Below, piece after piece: positions 21,801 to 35,104 of a DNA stretch of 64,000 nt. Position numbers and translations under genes: made by a program. Positions within the stretch are counted from its first letter, which is position 1. Every line of letters begins with the position of its first letter. The notes below the pieces were generated by a model. It did no database searches and was not told the origin of the DNA. It was given only the letters and a program-made list of their open reading frames with translations. The stretch is from Veleropilina oligotropha (Eukaryota): positions 372,001-436,000 of the forward strand of contig JBEUKZ010000112.1 of NCBI GenBank assembly GCA_048128005.1. The letters run 5' to 3'.

Positions 21801-22771
21801 ACAATCTGTTGATCTCGGCTATCAGCGAAAGGACTCGCGTGTCGTATGATGTCGGTTTCGCGACTTTTCATTCATTCCTGAGGCAAAACAACATCAGCTG
21901 TCTCTACGGCGCGCTACCCAACATATCTGAAGATATTCTTGTTAACTTTGTGGCTTTCTGTTTTAACGTGCGTCACTTGTCTCCTGCCACAATCAAGTTG
22001 TATCTGTGTGGCATTCGTTTCCGATATATACAATCGGGATATCACAATCCTATGGAAACCATACAAGGTCAGCCGTTGCATCGTTTGCGAATGATAATAA
22101 CGTCCATAAATAAACTATCGGGGAAGCCTATTGCCAAGCGACAGGCCATAACTTTCGCCATTCTTCGAGATATGTGCCGTCGGTTATCTGCAGGTGTCTT
22201 TTCGGTCTACATGGATACTTTACTAAAAGCAGTATGTACCACCGCCTTTTTTGGTTTCATGCGTTGTGGAGAGTTCACCATATCGAACAATCGTGATCTG
22301 TCAGCGGTTCTTCAAGTGTCTAACCTATCGTTCTCGGATTCATGTGCTCACTTAAATTTGGCGTCTTCGAAAACAGATCCATTTCGGCAGGGAGTCACTA
22401 TCCAGCTACACAAAAATGAGTGTGTGACGTGTCCCTTTACAGCATTGAGAGAATACCTATCAATGCGCCAGCAACTGCATGGTTTCGTTACAACAGATCC
22501 TCTCTTCGCTCTACCTAATGGAACCCCTCTCACTCGCGTCTACTTCATCGAGCAACTCAGGACAGTGCTCTCTCTAATCGGTCAGAAACCCGACAAATTC
22601 AACGGGCATTCTTTTCGTATTGGTGCAGCTACGTCAGCCGGAGAAGTTCACCTTGACGCTCATCTCATTCAAGCTTTGGGAAGGTGGTCATCAGACTGTT
22701 ACATTCGGTATATACGAACACCATCTCATGTTATCAAGAGTGCTCAAATTTCGTTAACAAGACAAACTTGA
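21755..22771 (+). CDS. Ngaro-like tyrosine recombinase
   Basis: Intact 338-aa ORF with FGFMRCGEF, SKTDPFRQG, HSFRIGAAT and LGRWSSDCYIRY. Confidence 0.92.
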   Translation: MSSLLRRNLELYESVNNLLISAISERTRVSYDVGFATFHSFLRQNNISCLYGALPNISEDILVNFVAFCFNVRHLSPATIKLYLCGIRFRYIQSGYHNPMETIQGQPLHRLRMIITSINKLSGKPIAKRQAITFAILRDMCRRLSAGVFSVYMDTLLKAVCTTAFFGFMRCGEFTISNNRDLSAVLQVSNLSFSDSCAHLNLASSKTDPFRQGVTIQLHKNECVTCPFTALREYLSMRQQLHGFVTTDPLFALPNGTPLTRVYFIEQLRTVLSLIGQKPDKFNGHSFRIGAATSAGEVHLDAHLIQALGRWSSDCYIRYIRTPSHVIKSAQISLTRQT

Positions 22772-22858
22772 GTATACGGCGATAGGAACCTGCGTACACA
22801 CTAGCAGACTTTCCACCACCTTTGATGATTGTATTCCCATGTCTACTTAATTCTACTA

Positions 22859-23061
22859 CTGTAAAGCCCTATTTGTCAGCGAGCCTTTAATTTACGCGAG
22901 TTTTCGCGCTCGCAAATATTCGCGAAATTTATGGTCGCGTATTTTTAGTTGGACTGCCAAGAAGGTGCATTGCATTAAATTTGCTAAATTCAAAGGCGCT
23001 GTATTGTTTCATTATTGAAATTAGCTAAATATTAAGGCCGCCAAAATATAGGGTTTCACAG
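22859..23061. mobile_element. ~200-bp TA-flanked MITE inside the Ngaro 3' region
   Basis: ta|ctgtaaagccctat ... atagggtttcacag|ta imperfect TIRs. Confidence 0.55.
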
Positions 23062-23557
23062 TATATACCGTAAACTTGTATAGCTCTTGACAGACATCGT
23101 ATGCACATTATTGTTTTTAATGGTCACCTACTGCACTAATCATTTTTGACGCGTCCTGCAATTAATTTCATGAAGGTACGTTTCACATCGCCACATGATT
23201 CATACCTCTTGACCCGATACTACGACTAAAGAATTGTTGGCGTGGTCATTAACATCTTTTTGTCATCACTCGAATTGATTTCGATTTCTTAACTGCGGGG
23301 AGATTTTCTGTAATTCATCTCTCCTCCCTCACTTACACCATTGTCCGATCTCGGTCCTGACGTTGATAATCATATACACCATCACACCTTGTGAATCTTA
23401 CTGCGGATCGACATGATCAGTTTCTTCACGGTCATTTACCATTTACAGCTGACAATTCATTGTCTGGTATTTATAATTTATATTCTATCTGTTTTTGTTG
23501 TGATCTCACGGTGGTCTCCGCTTTACTTGGGGGCTCATCTGCTGCGCATATGTTTTG

Positions 23558-24316
23558 GGGTACAAACATCTCATTATGTGTATTCTTCTTCCATTATGCA
23601 TGTTTATTCTCCCCAAGTAATTTGCCACAGGGATATTTAGTCCTATTTAAGTATTGGCTAGAATGTCTTAACATCAGGTTTATTCAAGCTATGTACTTCT
23701 ATGCGGTTCCCGCCGGTTGGTCAGTACAGGTAGATTCGCAGATGCCATTGTGAATCGGCGGGAACAGTTGACTTCATACTTCTCTCAGCGTACACGTGTG
23801 CCATGTCAGTCCATGCGCTTCCCGCAGATTGGCAGCACATCTCTGCATACAAGCGTGCCATGTCAGTCCATGCGCTTCCCGCAGATTGGCAGCACCTCTC
23901 AGCATACAAGCGTGCCATGTCAGTCCATGCGCTTCCCGCAGATTGGCAGCACATCTCAGCATACACACGTGCCATGTCAGTCCATGCGCTTCCCGCAGAT
24001 TGGCAGCATAGAATCGTGCCTTCCATGCGGTTCCCACCGATTGGCAGCACTCGTAGACTTTGTACGATACCATCGTGAATGCTAATGGCAGCGCCATGAG
24101 GTCTACGCCGATTGGTCAGTATTCACAATGTTATCTGGATTGTCTCTTGTCTCAGGAGTCTTAAATGCCTCATGGTTCTCTACGGCGGCATTTATACTCC
24201 CTATGTATTTCTTTGCAGCAGCAGAGCCAGTCCCCAAGTGCCAAATATTGTTGTATAATTCCGTTAATAAATTACTCGTTCTATATATCTAAGCGTGTTG
24301 TGTGATGATATAAATA
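23558..24316 (+). repeat. Split direct repeat B1 (759 bp) containing ~4.5 copies of a 57-bp tandem unit
   Basis: Matches 24671-25429 at offset 1113 with one mismatch seen; unit gtgccatgtcagtccatgcgcttcccgcagattggcagcac... Confidence 0.9.
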
Positions 24317-24670
24317 TTAGGTTTATGCATATAAACCAGGTTTATATCATTATACTTGCAGTACTACTTCTACGATACAGATTTGGGGCCTCTCGGGGCC
24401 TCGCATTGCTCGCACGCGCTCACGTGCTTAAGTTCACTTTCTTACGTCACTCGCGTTCGCTGTCTCCTTACAGTTCGGAGTGGTTTTCTTTGTTCCACCT
24501 CCTCCCCACCACCACCTTGAGATCACATATTCGTACTGCATATTTGTTGATTAGAAACTATCATAGCATTACTTGCTTAAGCTAATTTTTATTATATATT
24601 TTTAGTACTATCTAATCTTTGTTTTCTTTCAGCCCATCTTTATCGTATTTAGATCCATGTATGCTATCTA

Positions 24671-25429
24671 GGGTACAAACATCTCATTATGTGTATTCTT
24701 CTTCCATTATGCATGTTTATTCTCCCCAAGTAATTTGCCACAGGGATATTTAGTCCTATTTAAGTATTGGCTAGAATGTCTTAACATCAGGTTTATTCAA
24801 GCTATGTACTTCTATGCGGTTCCCGCCGGTTGGTCAGTACAGGTAGATTCGCAGATGCCATTGTGAATCGGCGGGAACAGTTGACTTCATACTTCTCTCA
24901 GCGTACACGTGTGCCATGTCAGTCCATGCGCTTCCCGCAGATTGGCAGCACATCTCTGCATACAAGCGTGCCATGTCAGTCCATGCGCTTCCCGCAGATT
25001 GGCAGCACCTCTCAGCATACAAGCGTGCCATGTCAGTCCATGCGCTTCCCGCAGATTGGCAGCACATCTCAGCATACACACGTGCCATGTCAGTCCATGC
25101 GCTTCCCGCAGATTGGCAGCATAGAATCGTGCCTTCCATGCGGTTCCCACCGATTGGCAGCACTCGTAGACTTTGTACGATACCATCGTGAATGCTAATG
25201 GCAGCGCCATGAGGTCTCCGCCGATTGGTCAGTATTCACAATGTTATCTGGATTGTCTCTTGTCTCAGGAGTCTTAAATGCCTCATGGTTCTCTACGGCG
25301 GCATTTATACTCCCTATGTATTTCTTTGCAGCAGCAGAGCCAGTCCCCAAGTGCCAAATATTGTTGTATAATTCCGTTAATAAATTACTCGTTCTATATA
25401 TCTAAGCGTGTTGTGTGATGATATAAATA
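24671..25429 (+). repeat. Split direct repeat B2
   Basis: Near-identical copy of 23558-24316; separated from it by the unique 354-bp segment 24317-24670 (presumed A2). Confidence 0.9.
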
Positions 25430-25842
25430 ACAAATTCTCGATCTCAAATGGTGAAATAACAATACTGGTCGCAAACTATTAGCATAATATTAACAAGAAC
25501 GACGCGTTCGGAATATGTCTTGACATTTCTTTGTTTCCGTCAAATTTTCAGAACAGTTATAACGTTACAATGGCGAAGTGTATGTACAGTAGTTTACCAC
25601 CCCGTCGATTGTGACGTCACTCAATGATGATTAATCTAAAGCGTCATCGTAATGATGTCATTGCTATTTACTTGATATTTGACATACGTTATATAGCATA
25701 ATATTATATGCATAAAAGTACCCAATAAATGCATATTTTTGCAATAATGTGTCGCAAAAGTTATATACACGACCTACAAATACTCTTGGGAATGTGTGTA
25801 CCAATTTTGGTGAAAATTGAGCTGGTAGTTTTCAAATAAATC

Positions 25843-25847
<5 letters not shown>

Positions 25848-25896
<49 letters not shown>
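25848..25896. repeat. (AT)n microsatellite
   Basis: Uninterrupted AT dinucleotide run. Confidence 0.9.
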
Positions 25897-25898
<2 letters not shown>

Positions 25899-26569
25899 TA
25901 CACACGGACCATTTGATAATGTCTTGTCCTTTTTTGTCAAAAAGGTCAAGATATAAAAATGGCGGCCAAGATATTCAAATAATTCAAAAATGGCTGCCAG
26001 TGTGAAATTTATTTTTCGTATAATTTAGAATTCGTCTATCATTTTCGTAAATAAATCTCATATTCTCAATTTCAAATGGTGAAATAAAATGTATTGTAAA
26101 CTAGGTTCAATTGATTAGGGCAGCTGTCTTGAAATATTCAAAATGACCGCCAGTCCGAAATTTCTTTTTGCCAAAATTTCATCTTAATACGGCATGTGCA
26201 TACTTCATTTTGATAAATAATCCCTATTCTGGGCCTCAAATGATGACATATTATCTATACTATATATGGTTGCAATCTAGGCTAACATGTATATGGCAGC
26301 CATCTTGAAATATGGAAACAGGCCGCCAATTATAATTTATCAACCTGTTCAGTCGTGTGTAAGTTGATTTTTGTGCGTTACACACATTGTGTCTAAAACA
26401 CACCTATACATACACAAGCACACATGCACATCTTTGTTACACAGTGTTTGTATTGTGGAGAACAATGCAATATTCAAAGAGATCTCAAGCACCCAGCTAG
26501 GTGGATGCCGGCTTATATCTGTTGCTGAGCGGTTTCAGAACATGTTGGAACTTACTCCTCTTTGCCCAT

Positions 26570-27290
26570 AAGGTGTAAAAGATTTGCCTCCACCGGGTCG
26601 GTCTTTTGCGGCATATTGTGCCTCGCCCGATGTCAAGTCCATCTCCTTCGGCTCTGTTACTCAAGTCCGTCACAAGGTTGTTCTTTTCCGCCATTGTTTC
26701 TTTTCCAAGGTGGTGTCCATATGAGGTAGGTCTTGGGATTACTGTCCTGGTCCATTCTAAGAACATGTCCCAGTCATCTGATTCAGCAGCATTTGATCTC
26801 CAGCACCGTACTCTGGCTCTTTCATGTATTGTACAGTTCTTTGTTTGAGATCATGTTTGGCCTAAAGATGCAAGATATTTTCCTGAGGCATCTGTTGTGG
26901 AAGGCGTTGATATTGTTCATGCAGCTCCTTATCACTCGCCAGTACTCGGTGCCATACAGCAGCACTGGCTTGACAATACTGTCTGAGATTCGTTCTTAAG
27001 ATGTACTGCTTTGATTTCCAGACAGGCTGGAGTCTTGCAAAGTTACAGCGCACTTTCCCAAGTCTTGCTTTGATGTCCTTCTGTGCTGCATTGTCCTTTG
27101 CGACGAGGCTACCCAGGTAGGTGAATTCCTGAACAAAGTCAAATGGTTCACCATCTGCTGACCTGTATTTGGTACATCTGGAGTGACGCTGATAGGTCTT
27201 GAATATGTTAATGTTCAATCCTGCCTGTTTGGCAAAACTGTTGAACATGTCGGTCTTCTCCTGTAGGTGGCAATATTTTGCGGAGAGATG
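26570..27290 (-). pseudogene. Degenerate RTE-clade LINE fragment (C-terminal part of RT ORF)
   Basis: LQEKTD...AKQAGLNINIFKT and EFTYLGSLVAKDNAAQKDIKARLGK...LQPVWKSK; broken by frameshifts. Confidence 0.8.
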
Positions 27291-28897
27291 GAATGCCATA
27301 CTTGCAATACATCCGGGATAAATGTACCACTCGGGACAACAACTGTGTTCGTGTTCACATACTTGGTGCCTTGTCTGATCTGCATACAACAGAGGTCGGA
27401 TAGCAAAAAGACTGCATGAGTAGATTATTTTTAATCGGATGCACCTAACAGGTCAAGACGATCATGCAAAGTCTTCAAAGACCCTGCTGCTATTATTCTG
27501 GACAGAACCAAATACAAATTGAATATCGATATGTACCTTCAGATGAGGCCTTCACCAATACAATGAAATGCTTGCTTCCCAACAGCCAACCGATCTCCAA
27601 ATATTATTAAAGGTGATGTTCAGGGATTACTAATTGATGCTTTGATACACATACGATTTTAGAATCACATGCAGCTACGATGAAGTTGCATCAAACAACG
27701 AACAAAGTATGCAAGGCATAATGAGCTTCATAAATTTTGATGCAGGTATTCATTCACCAAACGGAATAATATGTACACACTCCTAGTGGTGGTCGTGGGT
27801 GTTTCACCAAAAAAAGAGGGAATGTTCTAAAGCAGAAGGTGCAGAATCCTAGAATGATTATGACGAATCTATAAATGACATTTATTTTTTGTAAATCAGC
27901 ATCAATATGATGCAGTGACCATCCACATTTATGCATTGTATTATTTTATTCAGCATTCATTTCATTAAAATAATTTGATTGCAATCATGTTGCTTTATGG
28001 GGAAAAAAATATAACTCTCCCAGATATGTTGCAGGCCGAGATACTCATATTTTAATTAATAAAAACAATTTGCTTTAAATATTCTTATTAAATAAAACAT
28101 GGGTATCTATGTGAACAATTACACCTATATTTTAAGAAAAGTTTTAGATACAAAAAACATCTTGCGCACAACTTAACATATTAAAAAACTATAATTATCG
28201 GAGATTTTGAATATTTCAAGATGGCTTCCCTACCCACTGTATTACCTAGTTTGCAACCAGTCTAGTTAAATTGATAATTTTTAGGCCGCGAATAGGTGTT
28301 TAGATATTAAAATGAAGGGTGTCCATGTCTTATTAGATGATCTTTTGGTAAAAATAAATTTTGAATTATTTGAATATCTCAAATATCTCTGTGACCATTT
28401 TTTTATATTTCAAGATGGCTGCCCAACCCATTAGAACTTAGTTCGCAACAATTTTGTTATTTCACCATTATAGATCAAGAATATGTTATTTATATATGCA
28501 AATGAATGATGTACATGCCTTAGTCTAAATCTTGGCAAAATAAATTTCGGACTGGTGGCCATTTTGAATAATTTTCATATCTCAAATTTCCCAATGGTGG
28601 GAAATTCACACCCACCTGGATATCGTTATATAGGCCGTATACATGAATAATCAACAAAGAACAAAGGTTATCCTTGCCTACTGCCGGACTACAGTCAAAT
28701 ATAGTTCTAGGACATTCTCAAGCTCTTTTCAAATGCACAAGTGAAAAACACCTAGGTATGTAGACAGAAAGAATAAAATATATTAGAGGTGTCTATTTAC
28801 GCAAAAAAAAATTCACGAAAAAATGATATAAATATTGAATTTGTCCGAAAAAGTGATGTACATAAATAAACCTTTCATAGTGATAACCTAACCTCAC

Positions 28898-31800
28898 CTG
28901 TATTTTATTGGGCAGTTCCTCGTAATCCGGATCTTGCCGTCTGAGCAACTTGTACGGCCGTTCTGCGCGCGGCGACATCAACATGTAATTATGCGAGCCC
29001 TGGGAGCTGACAGACCCCGGGCGCTTTGGCGTGCCGGGACTCTCCGTCGAGGTCGAACTCAGTGACCCAGGTCGTCTCGGGGAACTCTCCCCACTGACTG
29101 ATGTCTGCGAGCGAACTCGACTCCACTCCGTCTGATGACGCGTGACCTTCAGCGGTCGTTCCATATCCACGTAGTCTGTTTCTCGAGGCAACGACTGTCC
29201 TTTTTTCAGGTTTTTGCTGAAATAATTGGCGTCAAATGGAAACGAACCCTGGCCATCTGTAGGCGAAGACATACTGCTGTTCGAACTATCAGACGAATGC
29301 CGCAACATGAACTCTCTCACGGATTGCAGTTTTTCCTGCTTTTTCCTTTCGGCGTTGGTCAACTTTTCACCGCTGCCTAAAAATCTATCCTGGTCAGTCG
29401 ACTTTGATTTAGCGTGAATGTACTTCGATATAGAATTCTCTTTAGAAATAATCGATTCGTTTCCGCTATCGAACGAGGAACACTTCGAGTGACTACCTGT
29501 TCTCGTTATGCCCGATTTTCCTATCTGGATTTGCTCTGATGTGGTCCTCCTAAGGCCAGTTTCGGAATCCACATTGCTTTTCACCGAGATAATTCTTTTA
29601 TTGTCCAAGTTTTGCCGCTTGGTGCCTCCATTTTGTTGTCGATACGAATGCGACCTAGCCACGGCACTCATCCATCGCTCCTCCGCGTCCTTTGACTCGG
29701 TGATATTATCCAGTTTCCTCGACGCTTCTCGCTGGCTCTGAAGTGCGTGGATGTTCGTGTATGACTGAGAACGGATGTGAACTGCCTTCTGCGAATTCAC
29801 TTGACTGTTCTCTTCCTTTTGATCTTTATTTCTTAATGGATCTGAAAAATCTTCAAATGTACCACAGGCTCTCTTCATCGATTGATTTCGGTTCACGGGG
29901 GACGGTTTCGTCGTGGTAATATCACTAACCTCTTTGGTGACATTTGGAGACAGTGATGTTTGTTCGTCGCTTCCAAACACAGAATCGTTTGAGTCCCGCC
30001 GAGCAGGGTCGATTGGCACCACAAGTTTTTCAGCACTTTGAGAAGAAGTAGAGTCCACACTCTGTCTCATTCCCTCAGAGGACCTTGCCCCGGAGCTTCG
30101 AGAACAGGCAGAATCTGATCGCTGAGTGACCTCTGACCCAGTAGAATAGCGTGACGAATAGTCAGAAATATTCTCGTAATCCATAGATGACGACTTTCTG
30201 TTTTTAGAGGACATGTCGAGGCTTTTGCGTTGAGAAGTACTGGGCCGCGAGAGCAAAAGCATGGAAGGATCCAAACTTCGACGTTCAGATCGATGACGTG
30301 TGGTATCGTACGACATGATAGATTCAGAGTCATAACCACCATGACTGTCGGTAAAATAGTCCGTTCCCAGTGTCGACACGCTCTGCCGAGAACCCCAGTC
30401 TTCGTCATTTCCGAAAGGCATCGAAGTTTCCGACGGGTGAATGAACACGCTATTATACGATTCAGCTTCTCGCATTCCTCCCATGCTCGATGGTGGCTGT
30501 GGGGAACTCGGACTTTGGATAGCTACGGAAGGGTCATAGCCGGACACAGAGTTACGCTTATCCTGATAGCCAGTCCTGTAATATTCTTCGGCCAGTTTGC
30601 GTAGCATCGGGGCGGTCGAGGGCATATAATCTGATCGAGGTATTAATGCACCAATTGATTTTCTTCCAGGATCATCGGACGATTTTGTGTCTAACTTCTG
30701 GTCAGTTGTTTTATTACCCAACGATTGTTCATTAAGATTTTTACTTTGCTTTTGGTCGACAGATTTTATCGGCTTCGATCGATTGTCACTATTGGTCGAC
30801 ATAGTTCTTTCATTTTCAACTTTGGACTGCGTTGAATTTAATTTTGCAGAGTTATCCTCATTCTTGACGGACATGTCGGCGCTGGCACCACTTTGCGTAG
30901 CTCTATAAGACATTCTCGCCTGGAAGGACTTCTCCTCGAAGGATTTGACTGGATCCTTTGGCGATGGTTGCTCATTGTCGTCATCGGTCGCCTGTACCTC
31001 TGCATTTTTCTGAGGAATGGGAATATTCTTTGGCCGCACAGCGGACAGATATTCTCTGGTCATCTTGTTGGCTTCAGTTTGTGTGCTTGTATTGTAGTAC
31101 GGAGTCTGCTTCACCAGATACCCTCGGCTTTTCTCTCGTTGCTGAGAGAGTGACCGAGGGTCTTGGTAGGAGCTCGGTCTCGATGCGATCACAGGCATTG
31201 CACTATTGGGGCTCTGTAGAGGGCTGGTTGACGAGTCGATCATCTGTCTACTGGGGCCGTCCTTCCGCGCGGGATTGCATTCATTGTTAGCTTGGATATT
31301 GTCCGCTTTAATGACCGGTGCCACTACGATTACCTCTCGATTATCATCACGTTCTGGCGGTGAGGGAACGTTGTATTCTTTGTCACCAAAATTGTGTCCA
31401 TCAGAGTCATATTTGGGGTGAGGATATTGCTGTTTTACGTCGTAAATGCCCGTAACCTCGTCCTCTTTATTTTTAATCGTGGCATCGATGGTGTACAGAG
31501 ATTTCAGCCCGGGATCGCTGGCGTTTCGGCTTTTTCCGTCGTCGTAACCTTTCCTGTCTGCTGTAGGACTGCTTTTTTCCAGCAAAGGTTTTAATGGGGG
31601 GTTATAAGCTAGCACTTGCCTTCGAGGAAATTCCTTGGTGTTCGGATTATCGCTACTCCACGACTGAGCACGCGTGGATATGGTTTGCGTCGAGTTTACG
31701 GTGGCGTTGGGGGTGGTCACTGGCCAAGAGGGGTATTTCTCGTGACTCTGATTCACAGAATTGAAATGGCGGGTGGTGGCGATATCCCGCACCGGTGGTG

Positions 31801-32519
31801 AAGACGGCGCCTCCGGTGACGACCGCGTCTTTTTAGACAAAGATGGCGATTTGTTTCTAATATTTTCCGATATCAAGTTCTCGTTTACAGTGTCAGACAT
31901 TTTGACACTTTGATACTCGTTTCGATAGCTACTAAGTGCTTTAGGAGGCAGAGACCTCCTCTTCGATTGGCTAGCTTTTTGGCTGCTGAGATTATTCAAT
32001 TCGCCAGATTGAGTTGTCAAGTTAGCACTTGGAGACAGACTTCTACCCCAATTCACATTGACGTGAAGTGGCGCTGAAAAGTCCTGTTGATTTTGCAACA
32101 CTTCGTACATCGAAGGCGTCTTTAACTTTGGAGGCGCACTCAAATTGGTTAAGTCGAAATCTGTATTAATATTGGGACTAGATTTGGCGGGTTGCATGCT
32201 GCTGGCTTGCATGCTGCTGGCTTGCGTTTGGCTCGGTGATGGAGTGGTCTCCCTTGGTGGTTTGTTCAATGATGGCGTAGATTTTGCGGGCGATAGCTGC
32301 TGTGCTGCGTACTGGTTCCGTTCATCTATGGTCTCGCTGCTGTTGCTGAAGCCCCTGTTGAATTCTCGTCGGTCAGGTTGCCGCGGCTGAGATGCCTGAC
32401 AGTACGCTGGATTTCTTCCCTGCTGAACTGCAGCCGACTCAACATACCTCGGACGCTGATACGTGTTCATGGACTGAGACGCGGCTAATCCACTCGACTT
32501 GGAGCCAGTTTTGGGAGCG
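28898..32519 (-). CDS. 3622-nt internal coding exon of a host gene; low-complexity Ser/Pro/charged protein, tentatively Shroom-like
   Basis: 1225-aa ORF with acceptor ctatttttcag| at 32520 and donor CAG|gtgagg at 28897. The short motifs SPPVRD, YPSWP and YNVPSPPERD recall invertebrate Shroom N-termini (from memory only, unverified). Confidence 0.8.
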
Positions 32520-33477
32520 CTGAAAAATAGGAAAGGGTATTTCAGTATTATGCAATTTACTCAATATCATTTGAAAACTGAAATAAAAAAATCACAATCT
32601 CTATGTAACATGTTACTATCGACTGTGTTGTGCGAGAAAAAACTGTTTTGGAACCAAACATCAACCAAAAAAATGCCTAGTGAAAGTTGTCTGTTCAATT
32701 GTGTGTTGTAAATATATAGTGCTAATGAGTTGAGGTTCCTCAGCACTAAATTTAGAAACATAATCAAGACTTTGAAAATGCATCCATCCTTATCCAGAAA
32801 TTATTTATATTGCAGTAAGAATGCATTTTCAGGTACAAAAGTAATGGTATAGAAGCCATGTTAGCAGAATATTAATATCATGATACATATTCTTTGTAGG
32901 TTGGAGAGTCTAATATCAGGGTTCAAAGGGTTAATATTCATTGCTATCACACACTCTGACACTTAAAAAGGGTTAATATTCATTGCTATCACACACTCTG
33001 ACACTTAAAAAGTATATAGTTTTCAATAATGACTGAAATTTTATATTTAAATGAAATCAAACTAAACCATGCTACATTCATAATACAGACTGTCACAGTG
33101 TGCAATCAATACAATAAGAAGCTCTGACTAGATCAACCCTGCACACATCACAGTAACTAGGTCACGAAGTTCTCAGAGGTAAACTATTAAGCTGTCTATA
33201 ACAAGTTCACATAAATCTTACATTAGTGACAGCAAGCATATGCAGTATTGATTCACCTATGGGAGGTTAAATAGGTTTAATAAAGTAGTACAACCCACAT
33301 TCAAGATCAAGCACAAGAGGCAGATACATAGTAAGGCGTTTAGAGTTACCTCCCTTTAATCATAAAGATTCTGCTTACAATAAATGAATATATCAAGAGA
33401 AGAAACTATGAATGATTGACATTACAAACAAGAAATATAACTGATATTTAGAAAACATTGTGCTATTTGTTATAATT

Positions 33478-34495
33478 AGGGCTTCAAGCTCTTTCAAGCT
33501 TGAAGCCCTATTGAAATTGTACCGGTTATTATTCTTATTCTGACGTTTTTTTGTGGGCACTTTAGCGCGAAAACGGCTATACCTACAGCTTTCAAAATTC
33601 ATGTGTGCTTGGGCACATCATTGAAGCATTGCCTCGTTCTATTTTCAAGTTTCATGGCGCTAGTAGTCTGGCGGCCATCTTGAATTACGTCATAAACTAG
33701 CTTCTTTTATAACTTTGTTAATATTTAACCTAGCGGGACATGATTAGTATATTCGGATGCCAGAGTCGCTTGTCAAAAATGCCATGAGAGTGGATTTTTG
33801 AATTTTTAATTTAACCGGCGGCCATACTGAAATCAATTTAAAATGGCTATATCTTGGAAATGATGCAACGTAGACCCATGGTTACTATGGGGAGCCTATG
33901 GGAAGTCATGGGTGGGCTTTCGAAAATGACCTTGACCTATGACCTCAGGTGACCTACATTGCAGGAAATGACCTAATTAAGGAAAAATGCATACATGTGT
34001 GCCCATAGTGGTTCAAGAGAACTACTATTGATGTCTGTAGTCGACATTTATCAAATTTACGTGATAAAATCGAAAAACAGGAAGTGCCTCGCCGGCCATT
34101 AAAGCATTTGTTTCAAGTGGCAATATATCAAAAAGGATGCACCGCAGACACATAGTTACTATGGGGAGCCTATGGGAAGTCATGGTTCATCTTTCACATG
34201 TGACCTTGACCTTTGACCTCAGTTGACCTACATTGCAGTAAATGACCTAATTAGGGGAAACGCCCTATTTTTGCCAGAAAATGGTCACGAAATGGCCAAC
34301 TCGGTTAATATTGATGCTAGAGCTTAGATATTTTGAATGGAAATAATAAATAAATTCGAAAAACTTTCAATTTTTAAAAAATTTTTTAAATAAAATTTAA
34401 AAAAACAAAAAATTTAGGTGTGTTTTGTGTTCAACTAATTAATGCGATAACATGGCTCTAACTTGAAGCCCTGCACAGCTGCTAGCAGCTTTAAT
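33478..34495 (+). mobile_element. HINE/DINE-1-like non-autonomous Helentron
   Basis: 5' agggcttcaag...cttgaagccct hairpin (33478-33509), the same subterminal repeat cttgaagccct at 34462-34472, and the 3' palindrome agctgctagcagct. Confidence 0.65.
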
Positions 34496-35104
34496 TTATT
34501 AATACAATTGCTTAATATATTATATCAACATCATTTCAATCAATAAGCTTACGATAAGATACGAGTTGACTTATTCATTTATGGTCACAACATAATATTA
34601 TCTGTTCTTGCATATATATATATATATGCATTAAGATGACACAATAAGACGGGCGGAGCCCCTTCCCAAACTTTATTCTCTAATTTGTTTTTCAAAAGTT
34701 ATCAAGTTATTTTCAAAGTAACTGTGCGAAAGCATATATAAGTTTAAATTATAATATTAAAAATATCTAGAAAGGTTATTTAATTAATATTAAATTGTGA
34801 TATTTCCACCCAAGGTAGGATCCAACCTCACTCCACCTAAAGTACCTTGAAAATGGCTCTTCTATTTTTTATTTTTAAAGAAGTTTGTAAGAGGTATTAC
34901 CAAAAAATTTAACAAAATACTGGATTTTTTCTGAAAAATGTATAAGTTGAAACTCGTAATTTTGCAACTAAAATCTTTTTTATAAAATTACAGCAAACAA
35001 AGCTTACATTGTATGTTATCCAACTGAAATGGTTTGATGCTGATATTCATTCAATAAATGCACCTAGAACTTTATTAAAAAATAATAACCAAATTAGTTT
35101 TTTA

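Larger units (their letters stand above)
20472..25429 (+). mobile_element. 5'-truncated Ngaro-like tyrosine-recombinase retrotransposon
   Basis: RT-RNaseH without a methyltransferase domain, an overlapping YR ORF, and B1-A2-B2 split direct repeats at the 3' end; gag and A1 are missing. Confidence 0.85.
20281..28695. mobile_element. Degenerate foldback-type element hosting nested insertions
   Basis: 20281-20471 is an inverted homologue of 28531-28695 (gtagtccggcagt, gatatccaggtgggtgtgaa, ttattttgccaag). The arm resumes at ~25421, matching 28440-28497 inverted. Confidence 0.55.

Noticed and set aside
23717..25210. Duplicated ORFs in several frames
   Set aside because: Produced by the 57-bp (multiple of 3) tandem unit within the split direct repeats; no coding signal.
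28793..28897. C-terminal tail of the 1225-aa ORF (VRLGYHYERF...)
   Set aside because: Lies past a good splice donor and is AT-rich; intron read-through.
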